Source: an uncultured Gammaproteobacteria bacterium
GTDB taxonomy: Bacteria; Patescibacteriota; Patescibacteriia; UBA9934; GWF2-40-263
Reading direction: 5' to 3'
Assembly: GCA_964360375.1 (NCBI GenBank)
Contig: CAYHWG010000005.1
Span: 1-33,169 of the forward strand
DNA: 33,169 nucleotides
Made by a program: the position numbers and the translations under genes. The notes beneath the pieces are model-generated. The model was not told where the DNA came from, ran no database searches, and was given only the letters and a program-made list of their open reading frames with translations. Positions 1 through 8,753 of this stretch are shown here, one piece after another. How positions within the stretch are numbered: position 1 is the first letter of the stretch; every line of letters starts with the position of its first letter.

Positions 1-666
1 GCAGGCGCAAAAAAAGTTTTCTTGGTAGAAAATCCTATGCTTGCGGCTCTTGGGGCAAGATTACCACTTTCAGATTCCATTGGAATGATGCTTGTAGATA
101 TCGGTGGAGGAACAACCGAAATAGCTGTGATGTCCCTTTCAGGAATCGTCACATGGAAATCACTTGAAGTTGCAGGAGATGAGTTGAATAAAAATATTAT
201 TCAATATGCACGAGAAGTTTTTAATCTACTTCTCGGTGAGCGCGTCGCGGAAAAAATTAAAATGCGTATAGGTTCTGCCATGCCTCAGGAAACACTTCTT
301 GAAATGGAAATGAGAGGACGTGATCTTATTACAGGCCTTCCTCGAGAAATATCGATCACAGACACACAACTACGCGAAGCAACGGATCGTTCTGTGAGAA
401 CGATTGTTGAGAACATTAAAGCAACCATCGAAAAAACGCCACCAGAACTTGTGGCGGATATTTATGAACGAGGCATTATTTTGACGGGTGGAGGAGCACT
501 CCTTCGCGGTCTTGATTCACTCATCAGTCGACATGCAGAAATCCCCGTTCGCGTTGCAGAAGATCCCATTACGTGTGTGGTTCGTGGAGCTGGTCTTTTG
601 CTTGAAAATGAAGAATTGTTGAAGGACATCTCTCTTCCGTCTGCAACGGAAGGAAACATCATCTAG
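1..666 (+). CDS. mreB: Rod shape-determining actin-like ATPase MreB, 5'-truncated by window edge
   Basis: Frame 1 is open from nt 1; the TTG at 22 is only an artefact of the ORF caller. Carries the MreB/actin phosphate-2 motif LVDIGGGTTEIAV and the C-terminal GIILTGGGALLRGLD. Followed by mreC and mreD. Confidence 0.9.
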   Translation, partial: AGAKKVFLVENPMLAALGARLPLSDSIGMMLVDIGGGTTEIAVMSLSGIVTWKSLEVAGDELNKNIIQYAREVFNLLLGERVAEKIKMRIGSAMPQETLLEMEMRGRDLITGLPREISITDTQLREATDRSVRTIVENIKATIEKTPPELVADIYERGIILTGGGALLRGLDSLISRHAEIPVRVAEDPITCVVRGAGLLLENEELLKDISLPSATEGNII

Positions 667-672
667 CGTATT

Positions 673-1479
673 ATGCCAATTTTTCAAACCAAGCTATTGA
701 AAAAAAGGCAATTCGTTTCCCTTGCTTTTTTTGTCCTATTTTTTCTCATGCTCATCTTAGGTCGCTCATTTTTTCTCAAAAAAATTCAATTTATACAAAT
801 TCCTCTCGTACGTATAAGTACATGGCTTTCAAATGAATGGAAAAATGTCTTTGGAGATTTTTCCATAAAAAGCTCTGATTACCAAAAACTTTTAACAGAA
901 CGTAATCTTTATGCTGTTGATCGGGCTGAATTAGAATCTTTGCGGATTCAAAATACACTTCTCAAAAAAGAGTTAAATTTTTTATCTCAACGAAAATTAA
1001 AAGGCGTGAAAGCATTTATCGTGAGTCGATCTGTCTCTGAGCAGAACAGAACCATGGCGATCAATATTGGAACAGAACAGGGGATTCAAGAGGGAACAGC
1101 TGTTATTGTTGGAGAAGGTGTTTATGTTGGAAAAGTCACACGGACAGATCGTTTTCAATCGATCGTGACACTTTCAACAGATCCAACTGTTGCAACCGCT
1201 GTTACACTTTTTAATAAGACACGAACGATCGGTGTTGCACAAGGGTCAGATGGAAATCTTTTGGAGCTCAAATTTATTCCCGTTGATGAAGAAATTCATG
1301 TTAATGATCTTGTGGTGACAAGTGGACTTGAAGAACACGTACCGACAGGACTTGTCGTTGGAATTGTGAATACGATCTCTTTGGATCCGGAAGCTCCGTT
1401 TCAAAAAGCCATTCTAGAACCTCTTCTTGATATACGACGTTATGATAGTGTCATGGTTTTACAATCAACCGATCTATGA
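673..1479 (+). CDS. mreC: Rod shape-determining protein MreC
   Basis: N-terminal TM helix, a coiled-coil segment (ELESLRIQNTLLKKELNF), then a beta-rich C-terminal part (GTAVIVGEGVYVGKV, VVTSGLEE). Conserved position between mreB and mreD. Its TGA overlaps the mreD ATG (ATGA at 1476-1479). Confidence 0.8.
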   Translation: MPIFQTKLLKKRQFVSLAFFVLFFLMLILGRSFFLKKIQFIQIPLVRISTWLSNEWKNVFGDFSIKSSDYQKLLTERNLYAVDRAELESLRIQNTLLKKELNFLSQRKLKGVKAFIVSRSVSEQNRTMAINIGTEQGIQEGTAVIVGEGVYVGKVTRTDRFQSIVTLSTDPTVATAVTLFNKTRTIGVAQGSDGNLLELKFIPVDEEIHVNDLVVTSGLEEHVPTGLVVGIVNTISLDPEAPFQKAILEPLLDIRRYDSVMVLQSTDL

Positions 1480-2009
1480 CAAAATTTTTCTTTCCTCTAT
1501 TGATCGCATGCTTCCTTTCTATTTTAGAAACAAGTTTTTTTGCTTCTTTTCAGGGGATCTTCCGTTTTACACCGTTTGTTTTTGCCTTAAGTGTCTACCT
1601 TTTACAACATCACGGAATCACCACAGCAACATCCTGGATGATTGTCCACGGACTTTTTTTGGATACCTTTCATTACGGGACAACACCCTTTGTCACGATT
1701 GCCTACACGGTCGCAGCAGGAATAGCATTTTTATTAGCAAAAAATGTATTTTCAAACCGATCATTTTACGGGATCATTTCATGTGCACTCTTAAGCTATG
1801 CCTGTTTTACCGTCATGGTTTTTTTCTTATCTCTTTTTCAAAACATAAAAGCGAAACAATCGATTTTTTCTACAGAAATACTCCTTGAAATATGGATGCG
1901 TACGTTTACCCTTTTTCTCTTTCTTGTTTTACTATTTATCAGCGCAAAACACATTCGACGTGTACTCATTAAACTTTTTCTTATTCCACAATCTCGTCAA
2001 ACGTTTTAG
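1476..2009 (+). CDS. mreD: Rod shape-determining protein MreD-like polytopic membrane protein
   Basis: 177 aa and very hydrophobic (about 5 TM segments). Sits in the canonical slot between mreC and the PBP2 gene. Sequence-level similarity is weak, as is usual for MreD. Confidence 0.6.
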   Translation: MTKFFFPLLIACFLSILETSFFASFQGIFRFTPFVFALSVYLLQHHGITTATSWMIVHGLFLDTFHYGTTPFVTIAYTVAAGIAFLLAKNVFSNRSFYGIISCALLSYACFTVMVFFLSLFQNIKAKQSIFSTEILLEIWMRTFTLFLFLVLLFISAKHIRRVLIKLFLIPQSRQTF

Positions 2010-2010
2010 C

Positions 2011-3960
2011 ATGTTTAAAAAAAAAGGAAAATTTGAGAACTCACTCATTTTTGTTTCCACACAAAAACAAAATTTTGCATTAAAAAATAGCACATCGTCC
2101 TTTCCAATCGATACACTCATCGAGCCCACCAATTCAACGCATTCAGGAAAATATGAGACACTTCATACAAACTTCTCACACAAACGCCTTCGTGTGGGTC
2201 TCGTATTCATGATGGTAATTTTTCTATTCTTCCTTGCAAGAAGTTTTTATCTTCAGATCATTCAAGGAAATACCTATCATTCTCTCGCGGACAAAAATCG
2301 ATATCGTACGACGAGAATCGTTCCTCCTCGAGGAAAAATACTAGATAAAAATGGGGTTATCCTTGCAGAAAATATTCCCTCATTTCTTCTCACTATGACC
2401 ATAGGAAATTTACCGAAAGATCCATCTGTGCGGGAAGAAACGATTTCACGTCTCTGTGAAATAGCAGGTGTTCAACGAGCAGATATTGATTTCTTGCTCA
2501 CACAATATGCCGATCGTCCAGAAGAAAAAATTCCGATCCTTCAAAAAATTTCTTTCGAATCTGCAATGCGCCTCGACATAGAAATCGCAAAGTATCCTGG
2601 ATTTGAATTACAAACATCCACACAACGTTATTATCCCTCCGCCGCATTATCTTTGTCTCATATTTTGGGATATACAGGAAAAATAACACGATCAGAGTAT
2701 GAAGCCTTAAGAGACAAAGAATACCGTTCTATTGATTCTATCGGAAAAACAGGCGTTGAAAAAAATGCGGAATCTTTTTTGCGTGGAACAACAGGAAAAC
2801 AAATTTCGGAAGTCAACGCCTCTGGACACGAATTATCTGTCATTTCAAAAACGGACCCCATTTCGGGATCCAACGTCCTCTTAAGTATTGATCTTGAATT
2901 TCAAAAATGGATTGAATTTCGTCTCGGCGAGATTCTGAAAAAGGTCAGCGCACAAAAAGGAACGGTGATTGCCCTTGATCCACAGACAGGTCTTGTGCAC
3001 GCGCTTGTCAGTATTCCATCGTTTGATAATAATTTATTCGCTTCTGGAATTTCGCAAACAAGTTATGACGCGTTGGCAACAGATCCCACCCAACCACTTT
3101 TTTTCCGTGCAATCGCTGGAAATTATCCTTCCGGGTCCATTTTGAAACCATTCATTGCTTATGCAGCCCTCTCGGAACGTATTATTGAGGAACATACTTC
3201 TTTTCTTTCTGTGGGTGGAATTCGCGTTGGTGATTGGTTTTTTCCGGACTGGAAATCAGAAGGACATGGAATCACAGATGTTCGCAAAGCAATCGCAGAA
3301 TCTGTGAACACATTTTTTTATATCATCGGAGGCGGTTTTAATCGTGTGACAGGACTTGGAGTGGATCGCATCGTTCATTATGCACAAATGTTTGGTTTCG
3401 GTTCAAAAACAGGAATCGATGTGCCAGGAGAATCTACGGGGTTTCTCCCAACAAAAGAATGGAAGCTTGAAGCCAAAAATGAGCGATGGTATGTTGGCGA
3501 TACGTATCATTTGGCCATCGGTCAAGGTGATTTTCTTACAACACCTATCCAAATGGCGGTCGGAACCGCTATCATTGCAAATGGAGGTTTTTCTATTTCA
3601 CCACATGTTATTCAATCAGTGGATGGACCAGGATCCACCCAACCCTCAACGGATAAACGCGTTCAAATTCCAAATTTAGATAAAAACGCAATGAGAATCG
3701 TACGAGAGGGGATGAGACAATCCGTCATAAGTGGAAACAGTAGAAGATTGTTAAATCTTCCTGTTGTGGTGGCTGGAAAAACAGGAACAGCTCAATCAGG
3801 TCTCAATAGACCGACACATTCTTGGTTCACAGGTTTTGCTCCCTATGATTTTCCTACATTACAATTGACGATTCTCATTGAGGAAGGAGGTGAAAGCACA
3901 GCCGCAGCTGTTCCGCTTTCTTATGAAATTTTCGAATGGTGGTTTAAACACCGAAAATAA
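2011..3960 (+). CDS. mrdA: Penicillin-binding protein 2 (class B transpeptidase, elongasome)
   Basis: Has an N-terminal TM anchor (LVFMMVIFLFFLARSFYLQII) and the motifs SxxK (GSILKPF), SxN (ESVNTFF) and KTG (GKTGTAQ). I prefer the ATG at 2011, 1 nt after the mreD stop. The ORF-track start at 1885 would overlap mreD by 125 nt with a non-PBP-like N-terminus. Confidence 0.85.
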   Translation: MFKKKGKFENSLIFVSTQKQNFALKNSTSSFPIDTLIEPTNSTHSGKYETLHTNFSHKRLRVGLVFMMVIFLFFLARSFYLQIIQGNTYHSLADKNRYRTTRIVPPRGKILDKNGVILAENIPSFLLTMTIGNLPKDPSVREETISRLCEIAGVQRADIDFLLTQYADRPEEKIPILQKISFESAMRLDIEIAKYPGFELQTSTQRYYPSAALSLSHILGYTGKITRSEYEALRDKEYRSIDSIGKTGVEKNAESFLRGTTGKQISEVNASGHELSVISKTDPISGSNVLLSIDLEFQKWIEFRLGEILKKVSAQKGTVIALDPQTGLVHALVSIPSFDNNLFASGISQTSYDALATDPTQPLFFRAIAGNYPSGSILKPFIAYAALSERIIEEHTSFLSVGGIRVGDWFFPDWKSEGHGITDVRKAIAESVNTFFYIIGGGFNRVTGLGVDRIVHYAQMFGFGSKTGIDVPGESTGFLPTKEWKLEAKNERWYVGDTYHLAIGQGDFLTTPIQMAVGTAIIANGGFSISPHVIQSVDGPGSTQPSTDKRVQIPNLDKNAMRIVREGMRQSVISGNSRRLLNLPVVVAGKTGTAQSGLNRPTHSWFTGFAPYDFPTLQLTILIEEGGESTAAAVPLSYEIFEWWFKHRK

Positions 3961-3984
3961 TCTTGAGAAGAAACGTACATTTTT

Positions 3985-4012
3985 TTGACAAAAATCGCGA
4001 ATAACGTATACT
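3985..4012 (+). promoter_or_regulatory. Sigma70-like promoter upstream of greA (TTGACA-16 nt-TATACT)
   Basis: TTGACA at 3985-3990 and TATACT at 4007-4012, 52 nt upstream of the greA ATG. Confidence 0.5.
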
Positions 4013-4064
4013 AAATTATCTACTCGTGGCAAACGCCCCGGGTTTTCATTTTTAGAAAGAAGTT

Positions 4065-4520
4065 ATGTCCACCTATATTTCCGCACCAGGACTTGAAGGA
4101 TTAAAAGAAGAGCTCATCCGACGCTCCACAGAGACACGAAAACAAATTGCGGAAAAAATTAGTGCTGCAACAGAACTCGGAGATCTCTCCGAGAATTTCG
4201 AATATCATGAAGCAAAGGAACAACAAGGATTAAATGAATCTCGCATTTCCCAACTAGAAACCATGATTAATGACTGCATCATTGTAGAAAATTCCACCGG
4301 TGGCAATTTCATTGATCTTGGGACAACTTTTGAAGTGGAGGTGAATAATATCAAAAAAATATTCATTATGGTTGGCTCAAGCGAGGCGGATCCGATCGCT
4401 GGAAAAATTAGCAACGAATCCCCAATAGGACAAGCGTTTATGGGAAGAAAAACAGACGAAACTATAGAAATAAAAACACCAGGAGGGGTTGTCTCTTATA
4501 AAATTCTTTCCATAAAATAA
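4065..4520 (+). CDS. greA: Transcription elongation factor GreA
   Basis: 151 aa. N-terminal coiled coil with the acidic tip motif ELGDLSENFEYHEAKEQQ, plus a C-terminal FKBP-like domain (ISNESPIGQAFMGRK). Confidence 0.9.
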   Translation: MSTYISAPGLEGLKEELIRRSTETRKQIAEKISAATELGDLSENFEYHEAKEQQGLNESRISQLETMINDCIIVENSTGGNFIDLGTTFEVEVNNIKKIFIMVGSSEADPIAGKISNESPIGQAFMGRKTDETIEIKTPGGVVSYKILSIK

Positions 4521-4522
4521 TT

Positions 4523-4551
4523 TTGACATTCATACGTAATCTCGATAAAAT
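4523..4551 (+). promoter_or_regulatory. Sigma70-like promoter upstream of lysS (TTGACA-17 nt-TAAAAT)
   Basis: TTGACA at 4523-4528 and TAAAAT at 4546-4551, leaving a leader of about 55 nt before the lysS ATG. Confidence 0.5.
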
Positions 4552-4613
4552 ACTGCCATATTTGGCTGTATTTTTATTTGTAAAAGTCGTGCAGACTTCG
4601 TAACAACCTCTCT

Positions 4614-6101
4614 ATGACACAAGAAGAACAAGTTCGACGTGAACGTCTTGAAAAAATGAAAGCTAAAAACTTGGATCCCTATCCATCCGATTCGCACAGA
4701 TCACACATGCTTCAAGAAGTCATGGATCGTTTTGATGATCTTTTGCAAGATAAGACCTCTGTCACCTGCGATGGCCGCATTCGTCTCATTCGTAAGCACG
4801 GCGGACTCACCTTCGTTCAATTACAAGACGCTTCGCGCACCATGCAATTTGCCATTCACAAAGATCAAATGGGAGAAGAGTTATACAATGAGTTTCATGA
4901 ACTTGTTGATGTTGGCGATTTTGTTGAAGTGAAAGGCGTTGTCTTTCATACAAAAAAAGGTGAACCAACCATCGATGCGCATTCCGTTCGCATGATCGCA
5001 AAGTCTCTCGCACCTCTTCCGGAAAAATTTCACGGACTCACAGATGTTGAGGCACGTTATCGTGAACGCGAACTCGACTTAATCATGAACGAAGATGTCC
5101 GTAATCGTTTTATCGCGCGATCAAAACTCGTTGCGTCTATGCGACGATTCCTCGATCAACAAGGATTTTTAGAAGTAGAAACTCCCATGTTACAACCCAT
5201 TCCAGGAGGGGCAAGTGCTCGACCGTTCATCACACATCACAATGCTCTGAATGCGGATTTGTATTTACGCATCGCTCCAGAACTCTATTTAAAACGACTG
5301 ATCGTTGGTGGTTTTGAAAAAATCTATGAGATCGGACGCTGTTTTCGCAATGAGGGAATTGATTACGCACACAATCCTGAATTCACCATGCTTGAATTAT
5401 ACTGGGCCTACGCAGAAACAGAATCATTCATCACCATGCTTGAAAATTTATTGACAACCGTGATTGCCGAGGCGATCGATCCGCTTGAACCACAATTAAA
5501 AAACACCGAACTTCAATTCAAAGCACCTTTTCCTCGATTCACCTTTCGACAAGCTATTCTTGATGCGTGTGGCATTGACATAGATCAAATAAAAACTTCA
5601 GAAGAATTAATCACTCTTGCACAAGAGAAAAAACTTTCCATTGATTTTAACGGATGTGTCGGAATCGGCGAGTTTTTTGATGTTTTATGGAAACAGACTG
5701 CTCGCGAAAAAATCATTCAACCAACATGGATTTTTGATTATCCTATCTCGCTCAAACCTCTCACAAAAGCAAAAGAGGAAGATGCAACAAAAAGTGCCTG
5801 TGTTCAGCTTGTCATTCAGGGCGCTGAGGTTGTAAACGCGTATTATCACGAACTCAACGATCCAATCGATCAACGAAATCGATTTTTGGAACAACAGACA
5901 TTGCGCGAAAAGGGAAGTGAAGACGCACAGTGGATGGATGAGACGTTTCTCAGTGCGCTTGAACATGGTATGCCACCAACGAGCGGTGTTGGAATTGGAA
6001 TTGATCGTCTCGTCGCCTTCTTAACAAACGCTCCAAATCTCAAAGAGGTCATTCTTTTTCCAACGCTCAAACCAAAAAATTCTGATCTTCCTGACGTATG
6101 A
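4614..6101 (+). CDS. lysS: Lysyl-tRNA synthetase, class II
   Basis: Class II motifs are present: FLEVETPMLQ (motif 1), YEIGRCFRNEG (motif 2) and GVGIGIDRLV (motif 3). An OB-fold anticodon-binding N-terminus is present. 495 aa. Confidence 0.95.
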   Translation: MTQEEQVRRERLEKMKAKNLDPYPSDSHRSHMLQEVMDRFDDLLQDKTSVTCDGRIRLIRKHGGLTFVQLQDASRTMQFAIHKDQMGEELYNEFHELVDVGDFVEVKGVVFHTKKGEPTIDAHSVRMIAKSLAPLPEKFHGLTDVEARYRERELDLIMNEDVRNRFIARSKLVASMRRFLDQQGFLEVETPMLQPIPGGASARPFITHHNALNADLYLRIAPELYLKRLIVGGFEKIYEIGRCFRNEGIDYAHNPEFTMLELYWAYAETESFITMLENLLTTVIAEAIDPLEPQLKNTELQFKAPFPRFTFRQAILDACGIDIDQIKTSEELITLAQEKKLSIDFNGCVGIGEFFDVLWKQTAREKIIQPTWIFDYPISLKPLTKAKEEDATKSACVQLVIQGAEVVNAYYHELNDPIDQRNRFLEQQTLREKGSEDAQWMDETFLSALEHGMPPTSGVGIGIDRLVAFLTNAPNLKEVILFPTLKPKNSDLPDV

Positions 6102-6475
6102 TAAAACGCACGCTTGTTTTTGGTACGTTTGATGGATTTGATGCTGGACACCATGGTCTCCTAGAACAAGCTTCAAAACTGGGACACGAGCTTATTGTCG
6201 TCGTTGCTCGCGATCGTCACGTCAGATTTTTGAAAAAAAAAGAACCTGTCAACACGCAAAAAATGAGACTCGCACGCGTTCAAAAAGATCCACGCGTCAC
6301 ACGAGCTCTGCTTAGCGATGTGCAATTAGGAACCTATCACATCCTCGAAAAAACAAAACCTGATCTCATTGCGTTTGGATTTGATCAACACGAACTAAAA
6401 GCAAATCTTGAACAGTGGATGCATGATCATCACAAAATAATCCCCACCACCACTCTCGACTATTTTCCAGAATAA
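6098..6475 (+). CDS. Small cytidylyltransferase-family nucleotidyltransferase, RibL-like (possible FMN adenylyltransferase/FAD synthase)
   Basis: 125 aa. The pattern VFGTFDGFDAGHHGLL...LIVVVARD...KPDLIAFGFDQ matches the (H/T)xGH cytidylyltransferase fold and resembles the archaeal RibL layout. ATGA overlap with the lysS stop. The specific substrate is not determinable here. Confidence 0.6.
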   Translation: MIKRTLVFGTFDGFDAGHHGLLEQASKLGHELIVVVARDRHVRFLKKKEPVNTQKMRLARVQKDPRVTRALLSDVQLGTYHILEKTKPDLIAFGFDQHELKANLEQWMHDHHKIIPTTTLDYFPE

Positions 6476-6492
6476 TCTATAGAGGTCTCTGT

Positions 6493-7626
6493 ATGTATCG
6501 AACCTGGATTGAATTACGAGAACAAGCGCTTGTTTCAAACATTCAGACCCTCCGCTCCCTTATAGGAACCGGAGCTATTTTTTGTGCTGTCCTAAAAGCA
6601 AATGCCTATGGACACGGATTAAAAGAAGTTGCTCGTATAGCAAGACGCGTTGGCGTCGATGCGTTTGCGGTTGATTCGATAGAAGAAGCGCTCATTCTGC
6701 GAGATTTGTTTCCCACATCTTTATTGATCGTTCTTGGCTATACGATGTCGGAACGTTTTTCTGATGCGATTCATGCACAAATTGATCTAACACTTTATGA
6801 TCTTGAAGGTCTGCGAGAGCTAGAAGCAATCGCCAGCAAATCTGCACAACAAGCTCGCGTACACCTGAAGATTGAAACAGGGACATCACGACAAGGGGCA
6901 AATATGGATGACGTTCCTGATCTTTTAAATATTTTGCGTGAATCTCCACACATTCAACTCACGGGACTTTCAACGCATTTTGCAAACTTGGAAGATACAT
7001 ACAACCCTGAATACGCCACACTTCAATTTCAACGCTTCCAGGCTGTGTGTGAGCTCGTCGCACGATTTGGATTCTCTCCAGAATATAAACACTGTGCCTG
7101 TTCCGCAGCCATAATTCTCTATCCAGACACACAAGGGACACTCGTCCGTGCAGGAATCTCTCTCTATGGAATTTGGCCATCTTCCTCCATAGAAGAAACC
7201 ATGAAAAAGCAATCCATTTCCTGTAAACTTGAGCCTGTCTTAACGTGGAAAACACGTATTGCACAGGTCAAATCACTTCCTGCAGGCACACCAATAGGGT
7301 ATGGACTCACAGAGACGTTAACAAAACGCAGTCGCATTGCCGTTTTACCTGTCGGTTATTATGACGGCTATGATCGACGTCTTTCTTCAAAAGGAGAGGT
7401 ATTAATCGGTGGATATCGTTGTCGGGTTATCGGTCGAGTATGTATGAATATGATGATGGTCGATGTTTCTGCCGTCCCAAACGTTCTCAAAAACCAAGAG
7501 GCTATTCTTCTTGGATCCGATGCACGTCATCATATGTCCGCTGATCAAATCGCCACAAAGATCTCAACAATTTCCTATGAAATTGTTTCTCGTATTCACC
7601 CCGCCTTGCCGCGCGTGATTGTTTAG
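6493..7626 (+). CDS. alr: Alanine racemase (PLP-dependent)
   Basis: Carries the PLP-lysine motif AVLKANAYGHG. 377 aa, with a TIM-barrel plus beta-domain layout and C-terminal ISYEIVSRI. Confidence 0.9.
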   Translation: MYRTWIELREQALVSNIQTLRSLIGTGAIFCAVLKANAYGHGLKEVARIARRVGVDAFAVDSIEEALILRDLFPTSLLIVLGYTMSERFSDAIHAQIDLTLYDLEGLRELEAIASKSAQQARVHLKIETGTSRQGANMDDVPDLLNILRESPHIQLTGLSTHFANLEDTYNPEYATLQFQRFQAVCELVARFGFSPEYKHCACSAAIILYPDTQGTLVRAGISLYGIWPSSSIEETMKKQSISCKLEPVLTWKTRIAQVKSLPAGTPIGYGLTETLTKRSRIAVLPVGYYDGYDRRLSSKGEVLIGGYRCRVIGRVCMNMMMVDVSAVPNVLKNQEAILLGSDARHHMSADQIATKISTISYEIVSRIHPALPRVIV

Positions 7627-7628
7627 GT

Positions 7629-8483
7629 ATGTTTAAACGCAATTCGATAAAAAAACGTATTTCACACAAGCCCTACGAGTCGAGAGTCTATCACAATCCC
7701 TATTTTCAAAAACAAAAAAAAAATTATCGAAAAATAGGGTGGGGAATAGGATCTCTCATTTTTGTTTTTCTTTTTTTGACGGTTTATTTGCTGACCTATC
7801 CTGCTTTTAACATTTCCCATGTCCAAGTTGTCGGATTGGAACCAGAAACACGTCCTCAATTTGAGGAAAACATAAACGACTATTTCCACACGACACATGC
7901 GCTCTTTTTTGAAAATAAAAATCGTTTTCTTTTTTCCACATCCGCGCTTCAAAAATCTCTTTCGAAGAAGTTTACGTTTGAGTTCTTGGATATAAAAATA
8001 TCTCGTCAAACTGTCTCTCTCCATTTAAAAGAACGAGAAACCGAATTCATGTGGAAAACAGGATCGACAACCTATCTTGTCGATAAAGAGGGAATATTGC
8101 TTCATCGTGTGGACACAGAACAAAAAAACGTTGTTCCATTACCGTCACGCACACCACAAAAACCCTTATTTGTAGATCGCAACAATACGCCCGTTGAAAC
8201 GGGCGAACATGTCCTGTCTGAAAAAGAAATTCAACAAATTTTTGTTTTTATTGAAACACTCAAAACACAATCTATTTTTACAAAAGAAATTCAAATTGAT
8301 CAATTAGCAGGGAAGTGGAGAGGGATTTTAACCACCGAAGGCTATACCATTCTTTTTGACCCAAGTTCAGATGTCCTCGCACAATCAGAGAAATTAAAAA
8401 CGCTGCTGCGTGACACCATCAAGGACCCCTCTAAATTGAAATACATCGATTTACGTTTCGGAGATCATCTTTACTACAAATGA
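7629..8483 (+). CDS. ftsQ: Cell division protein FtsQ/DivIB-like (POTRA domain)
   Basis: Basic cytoplasmic N-terminus, a single TM helix (IGSLIFVFLFLTVYLLTY), then a POTRA-like start FNISHVQVVGLE and an FtsQ-type C-terminal domain ending IDLRFGDHLYYK. Confidence 0.65.
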   Translation: MFKRNSIKKRISHKPYESRVYHNPYFQKQKKNYRKIGWGIGSLIFVFLFLTVYLLTYPAFNISHVQVVGLEPETRPQFEENINDYFHTTHALFFENKNRFLFSTSALQKSLSKKFTFEFLDIKISRQTVSLHLKERETEFMWKTGSTTYLVDKEGILLHRVDTEQKNVVPLPSRTPQKPLFVDRNNTPVETGEHVLSEKEIQQIFVFIETLKTQSIFTKEIQIDQLAGKWRGILTTEGYTILFDPSSDVLAQSEKLKTLLRDTIKDPSKLKYIDLRFGDHLYYK

Positions 8484-8530
8484 ATAGCACCGAATTAAAT
8501 GAGAGACTGACACCTGGTCGAATAAACTTA

Positions 8531-8547
8531 GTGTCGTAAAATATTTT
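8531..8547. repeat. Degenerate copy of the GTGTCGTA-type arm found in the 8726-8753 palindrome
   Basis: GTGTCGTAAAATATTTT matches the left arm plus centre of the downstream site at 13/17 positions. It matches the reverse complement of the right end at 14/17. Confidence 0.35.
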
Positions 8548-8633
8548 GTTTTGTATGATCGATAAGAAAGGAGAGAAATTGAGCTGCTGATAAGCCAAGA
8601 CAAAATGACGGAGTAGTCTTATCTCTGTGTTAC

Positions 8634-8660
8634 AAAAAAAATACCAAAATATGGTATTTT
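8634..8660 (-). terminator. AT-rich stem-loop plus U-run, candidate intrinsic terminator of the minus-strand tagA-gltX-M23 operon
   Basis: On the minus strand this reads AAAATACCA-tattt-TGGTATTTT followed by four more T (U8 in total after GGTA). The stem is weak, with only 2 G:C pairs. Confidence 0.35.
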
Positions 8661-8725
8661 ATAGCTTAACTAAGCGAATAAACAAGGTACTCTGATACCT
8701 GATGTTTTTTATTAATGTTTCTGTA

Positions 8726-8753
8726 GTGTCGTATAAGATATATTGTACGACAC
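8726..8753. other. 28 bp near-perfect palindrome with 11-6-11 architecture (dif-like Xer recombination site candidate)
   Basis: The sequence is GTGTCGTATAA-GATATA-TTGTACGACAC. The arms are 10/11 symmetric, the central region is AT-rich and 6 bp long, and the inner arm ends are ATAA/TTGT. It lies in a convergent intergenic spacer. Confidence 0.3.

Noticed and set aside
1427-1888. 153-aa ORF overlapping mreC/mreD out of frame
   Set aside because: It is low-complexity and Phe/Cys-rich, and lies entirely inside better-supported genes. This is a typical alternative-frame shadow in AT-rich DNA.
1885-2010. N-terminal extension of the PBP2 ORF (ORF-track start at 1885)
   Set aside because: It overlaps mreD by 125 nt and encodes a non-PBP-like, Phe/Leu-rich peptide. 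The ATG at 2011 lies 1 nt after the mreD stop and gives the expected short cytoplasmic tail plus TM anchor.
7714-7723. A10 homopolymer inside ftsQ as a phase-variation switch
   Set aside because: It encodes a lysine-rich cytoplasmic tail (KQKKNYRK), which is typical of AT-rich genomes. Similar A/T runs occur in many genes here, and there is no evidence of frame-shifted alternative products.
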